DNA from: a virus
Taxonomy: Duplodnaviria > Caudoviricetes
Length of the DNA: 64,000 bases
Direction: 5' to 3' (one strand)
IMG/VR virus record: IMGVR_UViG_3300028888_000052
The notes beneath the pieces are model-generated. The model ran no database searches, had not been told where the DNA came from, and saw only the letters and a list, made by a program, of their open reading frames with translations. Position 1 is the stretch's first letter, and every line of letters begins with the position of its first letter. Of this stretch, positions 1 through 10,600 are shown piece after piece. The position numbers were made by a program, and so were the translations under genes.

Positions 1-234
1 TACAATTTTGAAATAGATATTTTTAATGAGAAAGGTGTTATATATTCAAAAATTGTATTAGTGAATCCTGTTATAAATTCTATGGATATGCTTTCATTAG
101 ACTTTACACAACCTATAGCGCAATCTCAAGAATTTCAAATAGAATTCAAATATCAAAACTTCGATTTCCAATTTATTGAAATTAAAGATAATAAAAAGAG
201 TATTGTTGATGTTGAAAATATTGCACCATATTGA
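1..234 (+). CDS. 3' end of a gene truncated by the window edge; possibly a tail tube/tail completion-like protein
   Basis: Frame 1 is open from base 1 to TGA at 232-234 (YNFEIDIFNEKG...LSLDFTQPIAQSQEFQIEFKYQNFDF...). The beta-rich pattern recalls the C-terminus of the T4 gp3/gp19 fold; the product call is weak. Confidence 0.45.
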   Translation, partial: YNFEIDIFNEKGVIYSKIVLVNPVINSMDMLSLDFTQPIAQSQEFQIEFKYQNFDFQFIEIKDNKKSIVDVENIAPY

Positions 235-258
235 TTTTAACACTCTTTAATACATAGG

Positions 259-333
259 AAGCCCACAGGTTAATTTTATATAATTAGAAGATAAATTATT
301 TATCAATGTTAAAATAAGTTAACCTGTGGGCTT
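259..333. repeat. Perfect 15-bp inverted repeat with a 45-nt AT-rich spacer
   Basis: AAGCCCACAGGTTAA (259-273) and TTAACCTGTGGGCTT (319-333). Confidence 0.9.
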
Positions 334-426
334 TATAGTGTTTATTAAAATTTTATGAAATATTTGTTTTACATTTATCTATTTTAAAAAGTCAAAGTGT
401 TTATAAATTTAATAAAAAGTTAAAAC

Positions 427-1761
427 ATGTTAATAGAGAAAATTGGTTATTCATACAATGATGTGACAATCATTCCATCAGAAATTTCGGACGTATCATC
501 ACGTTCAGAATGTAATCCATTTATTAAGGATAATTTTTTACCAATTTTTACTGCACCAATGGCAAGTGTAGTTAATTGTGAAAATTATGAAAAATTTTTA
601 GATAATGGAATTACACCAATTATACCAAGAAATATTAGTTTAGAAGATCGTAAAAAATTAATGAATGATCAACAATGGGTAGCATTATCATTAAGTGAAT
701 TTGATGATTTATTCATTGAAAATTATTCGGATAGAATTGGTGATTTTAGAACACATTATTTTATATGTGTAGATATTGCAAATGGACATATGAAGTCATT
801 ATATGAAAAATGCGCTAAAGCAAAAAAATTAGCAAAAGATAATAATTATAAATTAACTATAATGACCGGTAATATTGCAAATGCTAAAACATATGAATGG
901 GTTTGTGATTTGAATTATAAATCACAAATTAAAATTATTGATTATATAAGGGTTGGTATAGGTGGAGGTTCAGGATGTATAACTACTTCAAATGTGTCAA
1001 TTCATTATCCACAAGCAAGTCTTATTGATGAATGCTATAAAGGATATATAGAAAAAAGACGTGTATCAAGATTAAGAGACAATTTGGATGAACCAAAAGG
1101 TGAATTATTGTTCCCGAAAATTGTTGCTGATGGTGGCATACGTAATTATGATCATGTTATCAAGGCATTAGCATTAGGTGCAGATTATGTAATGATTGGT
1201 AGTTTATTTGCACAATGCATTGAATCCGCAGGTGAAAAGACAACAAAATCATTAAGTCAAAAATTACCATTAAGATTTCCAATTGAAAGATATAAAGATT
1301 TCAGTGTTGATGAAAATGGATATGTTAAAGGATATTATACTGATTACTTTATAAATGAGAATATAAAGCCATGGAAATGGAAATTGATGGATGCTGAAGA
1401 TAATATAAAAAATGGCAAATATACAAAAGATAGTTCTGAATATAAATTAATTAATCTTGAATTTGAAAATAGATTAAATGAATTGAAAGGGCAGAAAATG
1501 ATTGGTCAAATAGATGTTAAGTTCTTTGGTATGGCTTCAGCTGATGGCCAAAAATCTATCAATGGTTCTAAAACAAAAACTGCTGAAGGAATTACTAAAT
1601 ACTTACCTGTTAAATATACTCTTAAAAGTTGGGTAGAAAATATGATAAGTTATTTACGTTCAGCTATGTCATATACAAATTGTTTTACTCTTCAAGAATT
1701 TATTGGTAAACCATATTTGATAGTAAATAGTATTTCAGAAATTCAAGCTGTTAATAAATAA
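427..1761 (+). CDS. guaC: GMP reductase / IMP dehydrogenase family protein (no CBS domains; GuaC-like)
   Basis: Motifs FTAPM, VDIANGH, RVGIGGGSGCITT (catalytic Cys loop), ADGGI...KALALGADYVMIGS, FFGMAS, AEG, LRSAMSY. Confidence 0.8.
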   Translation: MLIEKIGYSYNDVTIIPSEISDVSSRSECNPFIKDNFLPIFTAPMASVVNCENYEKFLDNGITPIIPRNISLEDRKKLMNDQQWVALSLSEFDDLFIENYSDRIGDFRTHYFICVDIANGHMKSLYEKCAKAKKLAKDNNYKLTIMTGNIANAKTYEWVCDLNYKSQIKIIDYIRVGIGGGSGCITTSNVSIHYPQASLIDECYKGYIEKRRVSRLRDNLDEPKGELLFPKIVADGGIRNYDHVIKALALGADYVMIGSLFAQCIESAGEKTTKSLSQKLPLRFPIERYKDFSVDENGYVKGYYTDYFINENIKPWKWKLMDAEDNIKNGKYTKDSSEYKLINLEFENRLNELKGQKMIGQIDVKFFGMASADGQKSINGSKTKTAEGITKYLPVKYTLKSWVENMISYLRSAMSYTNCFTLQEFIGKPYLIVNSISEIQAVNK

Positions 1762-1786
1762 AGAGAACTAAATTTAGTTCTCTTTT
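1760..1786 (+). terminator. Intrinsic terminator
   Basis: AAAGAGAACTAAA/TTTAGTTCTCTTTT hairpin immediately after the stop codon. Confidence 0.75.
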
Positions 1787-1803
1787 AAATATTTTCTTTA
1801 TTT

Positions 1804-1842
1804 TTTGAATATTATATAAAAAGTTCTATATTATATATGTAA
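1804..1842 (+). promoter_or_regulatory. Early-type promoter motif
   Basis: TTTGAA-N16-CTATATTATATATGTAA; one of 10 copies with identical spacing. Confidence 0.8.
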
Positions 1843-1863
1843 AACGAAATAAATAATAGAAAT

Positions 1864-3644
1864 ATGAGTTGGCATTTAATTACAATGATTGTTCTTTCAA
1901 TTCTCTATCTTAGTTGGAAGATTTATATATATTCAAGAAGTATTGAATTTAGTTATTGGTTAAAACCTGGTGAAACTTATAAGGAACATACAAAATATGA
2001 ATGGTTTTGGATTAATTTTCGCCGTCGTCGTAAAGAATTTAAAATTATTATAAAGAAATATTTTGAGTGGTATGGCTTCAAGCATGTATATCCAATTATC
2101 ATTGCTTGGCTTATCTATGGTGGAATTTTTATTTGGTAAATTATGTCACGTACTTATCGTAAATATGTAAAGTGTGGAGTTTGTACTGGGTCTAATACTG
2201 AGTACTACCGCGATATGAATCGCAAGTGTCGTTCTAAGAATCGTCATACTCTTCGTAATATGATTGCCAATTATGATGTTGAAGTAGTTTCTGACATTAT
2301 TCCTCTTGGTGAAGTACCTATACATGATTCTTGGGATGAACCAACTGATGGCACATTTATTGTTTCAAGGAGAAACAAGAAGGATTACATGTATGAGTTC
2401 GATGGTTCTCCAACAACTAATAATCATTATGGAACTGGTGAAAACTATTGGAATCATAGATTTGGTAAGTATCTTAAGCCTAAGAATCGTAAACATTACA
2501 GAACTGTTTAATTATGACAGATAAGTATAAAGATATAGTTGAACGTTATTCATGGGATAATCGACCTACTTATGTTAAAGCATCCTATGCATTTGACGAT
2601 ACAATGTATGTATTGGATAGGTTAACTACTGGTAGCCTTGCCCATAATCTACCAAATGTAAAAACTAAGTTAGAACGTTTAATGGCTGCTTATTTGGAAG
2701 AATCTGAAAATTTAAGAATAGCAAATAGAGAAATACGAAAACTTAAAAAAGAATTGAATAAATGATTAAGAATGAATATGGTTACTTTATAAATGAAGGT
2801 GGATGTGAAGCTGGAGCTATAGCACATGTAAGAGTGTTTGCAATGACGACATGTAGTAATAAAGCAAAATATAAAATTACACTTGATAATGGTAAATCTA
2901 TTAATGTATGTGGCACACATCTTCGTCAGTATTATAAAACCGATTGGGATGATAAACCAATTAAAGGTGTCTATATTAAACAAGTAACTAAAGTTGAAGA
3001 AATTAAAACAAATAAAGTAATATATGAAAAGCGATAGAGAACTTTTAATAATGCTTATTGAAGCTATAGATTATTCTTTTTGGAATCCAACAGATAGAAA
3101 ATATAACATGGAACTTACATGGCCTGTAATTGATAAGGTAAATTATATTAAAGGTATTTTATCAAAAACTAATTAATATGAATCTGATACAACTTAAAAT
3201 TTTGGATTATGATGGAAGTATAATTAGTGAGTATTTCTTCCATACAGAAAAACCACGTGATTATTTCTGCACTCTAGATTATACTTTGAATAAGACTTTT
3301 CTTGAATGGCTTAAGACAAATAAGCCTACTCTATATAAAGAGATAGGAAATCATGAGATCGATTTCTTCTATTATCATGAAGATTCTTTAGAAACAATTT
3401 AATATATAAAGGAACTATGAATTATTATGGATGGGGTTGGCCTGAAACATTGGCCAGTTGTTTGATAACTTTGATATTTTGTATTTTATTTGGTGCTTTT
3501 GGTGGCCTGATATTTATGGCCCTTTGGAATTGGCTTGCACCTATATTTTGGACACAGGCTCCACAATTGACATTTCTACAAGCATGGGGAGTTATTATTC
3601 TACTTTCATGGATTGGAAGTTTCTTTAGGTCCAAATCTAAGTGA
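1864..3644 (+). other. Run of small hypothetical early genes (1864-2139, 2143-2511, 2514-2765, 2762-3037, ~3024-3173, 3178-3402, 3417-3644)
   Basis: Abutting or overlapping ATG-started ORFs. 1864 and 3417 are hydrophobic (membrane); 2143 has a basic MSRTYRK N-terminus. Confidence 0.75.
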
Positions 3645-3694
3645 CCGTTAATTATTATTTGTTTTATTTATTCCCATAGAATTTTCATATATTA

Positions 3695-3733
3695 TTTGAA
3701 TTTTTTATGGGAATTTCTATATTTATATTGTAA
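3695..3733 (+). promoter_or_regulatory. Early-type promoter motif
   Basis: TTTGAA-N16-CTATATTTATATTGTAA. Confidence 0.8.
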
Positions 3734-3752
3734 AAACAAATAATATTTAATT

Positions 3753-5939
3753 ATGAAGAAGTTAATTATAAATTTTCTACCAGAGTGGAAGATCGAAAAT
3801 GCAATTAAGAATTGGAAATTCTACCTCATTAATGTTGGTGGTTATATTTGTCGTGACAATAATAATCTTATCATTACTTGGGAGAATGATAATAAACCAT
3901 CGGTAGTACATCATATTATTGATGTTTGTGATGATCTTCTTGCTGATGAATGGGTAGTTGAACCTTTTCTTTATGATGAGATTCGCAATCTTCATAATGA
4001 TATGACTATTATCTATGATTATACAACTAATTATCTAGAAGTTAAGTAATATGAAATTAGAAGAAGCAATAGGAATAATTAATAGTATGGTTGAGATTGC
4101 AGAAGGAAGTAATAGTTGTGATCTGCAACTCGATGAAGATGAGATAAATGCTCTTAAGACTGTTCGAAATTATATATATCGACAGAATAAGATGTATGAT
4201 AAATTAAGTAAAGAAGACATCGAAGAGGAGAGAAATCAAAAAGGGTTTTATTATTGTGGTAAAGAGGTAAGTTGGAATGAAATTCCATTAAATGTTCGAA
4301 AGCATGATTATCCTTACTATTTTGATAAGAATGGAAATGATTGTTACCCAGAAGTTGTGAATTGAATATGACATACGAAGAACATATTGGGCATTTTAAA
4401 AATTGGTATATTAACCATAAAGATTATTCTAAGTGGCAAAAATTGTTAGATATCTATAAATTGGATAATGAAGATATTGTTTCAATTTATGCAAAGGAAA
4501 CAAATATAATTGCCACTGATAGAGTTGATTATTGGACAGAAGAATTTGTAGCTGAAAATATCTTAAATTAATATGATTTACGCAAAGTGTATTAAAGAGA
4601 CATATACGTGGGAAGGTGATAATGAGCAACACAAGTTTTCTAAAATTGTTGAAGGTCATACCTATGGATTTAATAAAATTGAAAATACATATTGGATAGA
4701 TCCAGAAGCTTGTTCTACAGAGGATTTCATGGATAGAGATGGATTTATCAATGCTGTAGCTCGTGGATTAGATAAGAAATATTTTGATGAAATGTTTAAA
4801 ATTATTTCATAATTTTTTGAATAATGTTAATTTTTGATAAATTGACATAATTTATTAAATAATATATAAAAAATACTATATTTATATTGTAAATAAAATT
4901 CAAACATTATGAAATATCAAGAATTCAAACCCTTTTGGTACCTCGAAGAACATCAAATGGATCATTCAATGACCTATGAAGATGAAAGAAAATATACTAA
5001 AAGAATTCTTTGGTTCTTCTTTATTTTCACAATTGTATCTATCCTTTTAGTTGAATTTGTAAAATATCTATAATTATTATGAATATGGAAAAGACATTCG
5101 GTGATATTATGGTTGGTGATACTTTATATTGTTCTGATTTGGCTTGCTTAGGTCATTTCATGGAAACTCGTATAGTAAGTATGGAGCTTGACGAAAATGC
5201 TCTTAGAGACATGGATCATCGAGTACCTGATGTGGTCATTACAACACAGGATTTCCAGATCACCATAAATAAGCTTCATTTGACACACTTTAAGAATAAA
5301 GTAATAGTCAATGAAAATGGACTTTATATTAGCCCATCACCAAAGTATTTAGCAGAGGCCTTGATTAAGGAAGTCAATTCCAAAATTGAGTTTTGGCAGA
5401 AGAGAGGAGAAAGAATTATTGAAGCATACGAAAGTATTTAATTATGGAAAAGGTTTTTGAAATACCAAAGATAACAAACACCACACTTCAGTATTTTGTC
5501 GATGGTGAATATATTGATAATGTCGATGTCAATGAGGTGAACAAAATTCGAGAAAATGTCTTGATGCATATTGTTGAGACTAAAGATGCATCTATATTGG
5601 ATAGATTCTTTTTTATTGGTCACAAAGATTCCAATGATAAAATTGGAGAAGAAATAGTAATAACTATGGATAGTTTTGGAAATCTTTCTGATTGCCCTTG
5701 GGAAATGACCCATGTACGTAGAAGTATGTATCATCTTATGCAAATTGGTAGAGAGCATTCCGAACTTTTATATAGCTTTGAAAAAAGTTAAACATTATAA
5801 TAAAATTATGGAAATAAAAGAAGCAATCATAAAAATGGAAAAGTATTTAGATGGAATACTTGAATATCCTAACCCATATCATGATCCAGATACAGATGCA
5901 TTAGAAACATTAATAGAATTTGCAAAATCAAAACTTTAA
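3753..5939 (+). other. Run of small hypothetical early genes (3753-4049, 4051-4365, ~4368-4571, 4573-4812, ~4908-5072, 5079-5441, 5444-5791, ~5808-5939)
   Basis: Tightly packed same-strand ORFs; a partial promoter copy CTATATTTATATTGTAA lies at 4876-4892. Confidence 0.7.
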
Positions 5940-5944
5940 ATAAT

Positions 5945-7261
5945 ATGATAGAATTAGTTGGAAAGTACACTACTGCAAAGATATTTGCAGAAACAATTGA
6001 AGAAGGCGTATACGGACAGGTATATGATATAATCAATTGTCCTGCATTTAAGGGACAAAAGGTTGTGTGTATGCCTGACGTACATGTAGGAGCATCAGGT
6101 CCTTGTGGATTGGTTGCTACTATTGGTGATTATATTTGTCCAGAACATATTGGAGTTGATATTGGTTGCTCAGTATCAATGATGATATTGGATAAGAAGG
6201 TTCCTGAGGACAAGTATGCTGAGTTCGAAAGACGTATAAAGAACAAGGTTCCTTTTGGATTCAACCTTAATGGAAAGACTGTTATAGACTATAAGGAATT
6301 TTATAAGTTCTTAACTCAAGGCTTTAATAAGTATCGTAACTTTTGGCCTGAGATGCTTATGGATCTTCCTGACCATGTAGATGAAAAATGGGTATCTGCT
6401 CAACTTAAGCGTCTTAATATGGATGAAGGAGTTTTCTATAAGTCACTTGGGACCGTAGGTGGTGGAAATCACTTCATCGAGTATGATGAGCAGCAAGATG
6501 GTGAATTAGCTGGCGTTACTCTCCACTTTGGTTCTCGTAACTTTGGTGTCAAGGTTTGCAAGTATTGGATGGGTAAGACTACTCAGGCTATGCCTAAGGA
6601 TGAGATGAAAGCTGCTATGGAAAATTTCAAGAAGCAGTATAAAGCAACTCATTCAAATATGAAAGAATTCCAGTCTGCTAAGGATGAGTTTATTACTAAG
6701 CTTAAAGAGAATCATATTAATGGTTATCTTAATGGCACATATATGCAGGGTTATTTGATGGATATGTGTTTTGCACAGCTTTATGCGCAGTACAACCACA
6801 TGACTGTACAGAAGACTATTAAGGAATTGCTTATTAAGTATGGTATTAAGGAAGTAAGAACAATTACATCTACTCATAATTTTGTGGACCTCCATGACCA
6901 TACTTTAAGAAAGTCAGCAATTCGATCTTATGTAGGTGAGGAAATGCTTGTTCCTTTCAATATGAGAGATGGAGTTGCAATTTGTGAAGGACTTTCAAAT
7001 CCTGAGTGGCTTAATGCTTGTGCCCATGGAGCCGGTCGAAAGATGTCACGTTCTAAGGCAAAGCAGAATATATCGATGAAAGAGTTTGAAGACTCAATGA
7101 AAAATGTATATTCTACTACAGTTTGTAAGGGAACACTTGATGAGTCACCTATGGCTTACAAGGACACTACCGAGATTAAGGACTTGATTACTGAAACATG
7201 TAAGATTAAGTTTATGATGATTCCTAAAATCAATATTAAGGCGGCAGATGGTGGAGATTAA
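5945..7261 (+). CDS. rtcB: RtcB-family RNA ligase (3'-P/2',3'-cyclic-P to 5'-OH)
   Basis: MPDVHVG, GVDIGC, LGTVGGGNHFIE, HFGSRNFG, THNFVD, HGAGRKMSRSKAK, DESPMAYKD. Confidence 0.95.
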   Translation: MIELVGKYTTAKIFAETIEEGVYGQVYDIINCPAFKGQKVVCMPDVHVGASGPCGLVATIGDYICPEHIGVDIGCSVSMMILDKKVPEDKYAEFERRIKNKVPFGFNLNGKTVIDYKEFYKFLTQGFNKYRNFWPEMLMDLPDHVDEKWVSAQLKRLNMDEGVFYKSLGTVGGGNHFIEYDEQQDGELAGVTLHFGSRNFGVKVCKYWMGKTTQAMPKDEMKAAMENFKKQYKATHSNMKEFQSAKDEFITKLKENHINGYLNGTYMQGYLMDMCFAQLYAQYNHMTVQKTIKELLIKYGIKEVRTITSTHNFVDLHDHTLRKSAIRSYVGEEMLVPFNMRDGVAICEGLSNPEWLNACAHGAGRKMSRSKAKQNISMKEFEDSMKNVYSTTVCKGTLDESPMAYKDTTEIKDLITETCKIKFMMIPKINIKAADGGD

Positions 7262-7277
7262 TTTCTCCACCATTTTT
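7248..7277 (+). terminator. Intrinsic terminator overlapping the rtcB stop
   Basis: ATGGTGGAGA...TCTCCACCAT followed by TTTT. Confidence 0.75.
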
Positions 7278-7283
7278 ATATTA

Positions 7284-7322
7284 TTTGAATTTTTTAAATA
7301 TTATACTATATTTATATTGTAA
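7284..7322 (+). promoter_or_regulatory. Early-type promoter motif
   Basis: TTTGAA-N16-CTATATTTATATTGTAA. Confidence 0.8.
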
Positions 7323-7350
7323 TTAAATAAAATTTAATTTAGTAATAAAT

Positions 7351-7722
7351 ATGAAAACAATTACAGAAATTATTACAGAGTCTTCTAATATAACAAGCAA
7401 TATCAATTGGATTGATTGGAATGAGGACAATCTAAATAATGTCTTTAAAGAGGTAATTGATGAGATTCTTGAAAATAAAGAACTTCGATATAAAGTAAAT
7501 ATTCTTGTAATTGCTAAGGAGAAGAAGTCAAAAGAAAATTGTGATAAGTTCAAAGGTAATTACAAATTGATGCCTACCGAGGTTGAGATTTATTGGAACA
7601 CAAATACTAATTCTGGTATGCCTGAGCCGAAAATTTCATTTTGGTCAAAGAATATCGCAAATAATACGATTACTAAGTTTGTTCCAATGGAGATGGCTCT
7701 ACCTAAAGAATTTCAGAAGTAA
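7351..7722 (+). CDS. Hypothetical protein with a capsid-targeting-like N-terminus (MKTITEIITE)
   Basis: ORF track; has its own promoter and terminator. Confidence 0.7.
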   Translation: MKTITEIITESSNITSNINWIDWNEDNLNNVFKEVIDEILENKELRYKVNILVIAKEKKSKENCDKFKGNYKLMPTEVEIYWNTNTNSGMPEPKISFWSKNIANNTITKFVPMEMALPKEFQK

Positions 7723-7737
7723 TAATATTAAATCTAC

Positions 7738-7769
7738 AGATGGTGGGAATTGATTTCTCCACTATCTTT
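7738..7769 (+). terminator. Terminator-like hairpin, near copy of 7248-7277
   Basis: AGATGGTGGGA...TCTCCACTATCTTT. Confidence 0.6.
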
Positions 7770-7781
7770 AATTAATAAAAT

Positions 7782-9431
7782 ATGAAAAAGAAATTTTGGT
7801 TAGCTAATAGTGATGGTATAGAAGCTTTTATATTAGATACAGATGGTGATTACTTTAAAGATTATGGGGATGCTTACCATGAAACTATTGAAGAAGCTAA
7901 AGAAGTATTTGAACGAATCATAAACAAAAAAATTGAAAAGATTGATAATGAAATCATTTCATTAAAATTTTCTAAAGCAAAGTTAATTGATAAAATTAAA
8001 AACCCAACAATTATAGACGATGTGTAATTATCCTTGTAAGAAATATCAAGAATGGAGAGATGTTGTTACATCTGAAGGATTAGAAGAAAGTCCACCACCA
8101 TGTATTTTTTGTATGAATAACTATTTTGAAGATCTATGAATAATATTTTATTAAGTATCATAATTATTGCATGGCTATATATTGTGGTCATGTGGATAGA
8201 TAGTATTTGGCCAATTGTTAAACGTAAAGTTGTTGAAACTCATTATACAACACGATTATTCAAAGATGTTGATATGGTGCATTATGAATATTACAAGAAA
8301 TATCCATTTTGCAAGTGGAAACTATATGAAGTTCAAACACCAGAAGAATTTGAATATGAATGTCGTAGGTTTAGAGAACTTTGTCATGGTGATTGGAAAT
8401 CCTATATGAATTTTGAAGTTGATAAAACTGTTTATATTATAGATTAGTTATGAAAGACTATATTAAAGATAGAAGAGTATTTATATCAATTGGTGATATT
8501 TCTTTTAGTCCTAATTTAAGGAAAAGAAATTATAATGATTTGTTTCATATAGCTACTTGGGAAGAACCACAAAATGGTGAAATCATCATTGTAGAATATG
8601 AAAATCATTTTAAAGAAATAGTTAGGATGAATTCTAATGTTGATTTAGATGAGATAATTGGTTGGTGCTATTTAGATGATGTGTTATGAAACATGTTTGG
8701 TGTATAGATGATGATTTATTTACTCTTAAAGAAGGGTATGTTTTCGATGATTATAAAGATTATGAAGATGACTTTGTATATACTGATGAATCACAAAAAT
8801 ATCTTGTAGGTACATATAAAGTAGAAAATATCTTTGATAATAAAGAAACTGCTCTTAATATGTATAAGGGTATAATAGAAATTGAAAGAGTAAAAGTTCA
8901 TGATAAGATAGAACAACTTAAGAAATATGATGAGAAACTTTTTGAAAAACTTTTAATTATTGGATAAATATGGAAGATTTTAGAAATTTATTGACGATTA
9001 AGCCACAAAAGCCTACTAAGAAAAAGAATATATTAAAAATATGGATGAATTGGGATTCTAATGATGGAGATTATATTGAACGAACAGATGAAATGAATCC
9101 TAAAGTTCTTTTTGGAAATAAAAAACTAATATATTGTCTTGCTTATATTACATTACGTTATAATTTTAAAGGTCATGATTGGAATGATGCTGTATTTCAA
9201 CATCATATTACAGATAATTGTGATATTGATGATTTAATGGATGTATTATCAGAAAATGACTTTATGGTTTATTCTGATTGGGGTGCTTGTCATAGTTGTG
9301 AAGATTTAGAAATTACTTATTATGATAAAGATGGAGTGCCATTCGATATAACATTTGATGATATTCATAAGAGATGGATGAAAATGTCTTATGAAGAAAT
9401 ATGTCAAGAAATTAATGACATTGAATGGTAA
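7782..9431 (+). other. Run of small hypothetical genes (7782-8027, 8020-8139 Cys-rich, 8136-8447, 8450-8689, 8686-8967, 8970-9431)
   Basis: Stop/start overlaps (ATGA) link several of the ORFs. Confidence 0.75.
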
Positions 9432-9450
9432 AAATTTATTATGATTAATC

Positions 9451-9858
9451 ATGGAAATTGAATGCAAGATATTAGGAGAACTTGATCACCAAAATGCAAA
9501 TGGCCGAGTTTATCCTAAAAATGAAATGGAAAAAGCCATAAAGAATTATTTAAGTTCTGGCTGGTGTTATGGTGAATTGAATCCTGATTATGGAGATCTT
9601 TCCCATCCAATTACATTATCAAATATATCACACAAAATTAAAGATATAAATATTGTTGGTGAAGAAGTAATTGGTAAAATTGAACTTTTAGATACTCCAC
9701 AAGGAAAAATAGCTAAAGATATTATTAAAGCTGGATCAGATTTAAAATTTGCACCAAGAATTGTAGCACAAGTTGAACCAATTAAAAAAGGTCCAGGAAA
9801 ATATACAAGAGGAACTAAATTAAAAGATATACAAATAATGAGTATTGATATTGTATGA
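9451..9858 (+). CDS. Prohead core protease (T4 gp21/peptidase U9)-like protein, catalytic residues apparently lost
   Basis: NANGRVYP, YGELN, NISHKIK and GKIELLDTPQGKI match the family. GELNPD replaces GELxHP and FAPR replaces GxSSRG. Confidence 0.75.
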   Translation: MEIECKILGELDHQNANGRVYPKNEMEKAIKNYLSSGWCYGELNPDYGDLSHPITLSNISHKIKDINIVGEEVIGKIELLDTPQGKIAKDIIKAGSDLKFAPRIVAQVEPIKKGPGKYTRGTKLKDIQIMSIDIV

Positions 9859-10235
9859 AAGAGTATTTTATAGATGATTATGAGGATATCAATATAATTA
9901 AATATATAGAAAATGATATTGAACAATTGATAGAAAAATATCTGAAACTATATGGATATCAAGATAAAGAAATAGCAAGAGTTATTTCTAATTATTGCTA
10001 TAAACAATATAGTGTTTAATATGTATAAATCTAGAAAAAAGAAAGAACAACTTCGAAAGTGTATTAAAGAAAGTTTAGCTTGGCACCAAGGATTCACTAA
10101 GGCATCACAGATAAAATATTTGTATGATGATTATGATTATTGGTGTGCTAGGCAAGCCCATAAAATATTACATCCTAATACACCAGATGAATTTTATTTA
10201 TGTAAAGAAAATTGTAAAAAGAAAATTTAACTATA

Positions 10236-10274
10236 TTTGAATTTTTGCAAATAATTTCTATATTATATTTGTAA
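10236..10274 (+). promoter_or_regulatory. Early-type promoter motif
   Basis: TTTGAA-N16-CTATATTATATTTGTAA. Confidence 0.8.
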
Positions 10275-10561
10275 AAATTAAATATAATATGCTTAAGTAC
10301 ACTACAAAGGACACAGAAAAAATGGTTGATGTTTTTGCTTTTCTTGCAGAGAAGCAAAATAACCAAGAAGAAATCGGAAACAAGATTAAGCAACTTCTCG
10401 ATTATCCTGTACCCGTTCTTCAGGAGTTTTTGAAATGTATGGAGGTTCTTAGTGATAAGGATCAGAATTATCTCAAAGAGAATTATATGGGAGTAGTTGC
10501 TTATGTTACAATGCGATTAAATTTATTTGATTATAATAAATAAGTATAAATTAAAATTTTA

Positions 10562-10600
10562 TTTGAATTTTTTTAATAATATTCTATATTTATATTGTAA
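10562..10600 (+). promoter_or_regulatory. Early-type promoter motif
   Basis: TTTGAA-N16-CTATATTTATATTGTAA. Confidence 0.8.

Noticed and set aside
259-333. Intact IS200/IS605 element
   Set aside because: No tnpA/tnpB ORF nearby; only an end-like hairpin.
1240-1500. Intein in the GMP reductase-like gene
   Set aside because: No C/S-start or HN-C/S/T end motifs and no homing endonuclease motifs.
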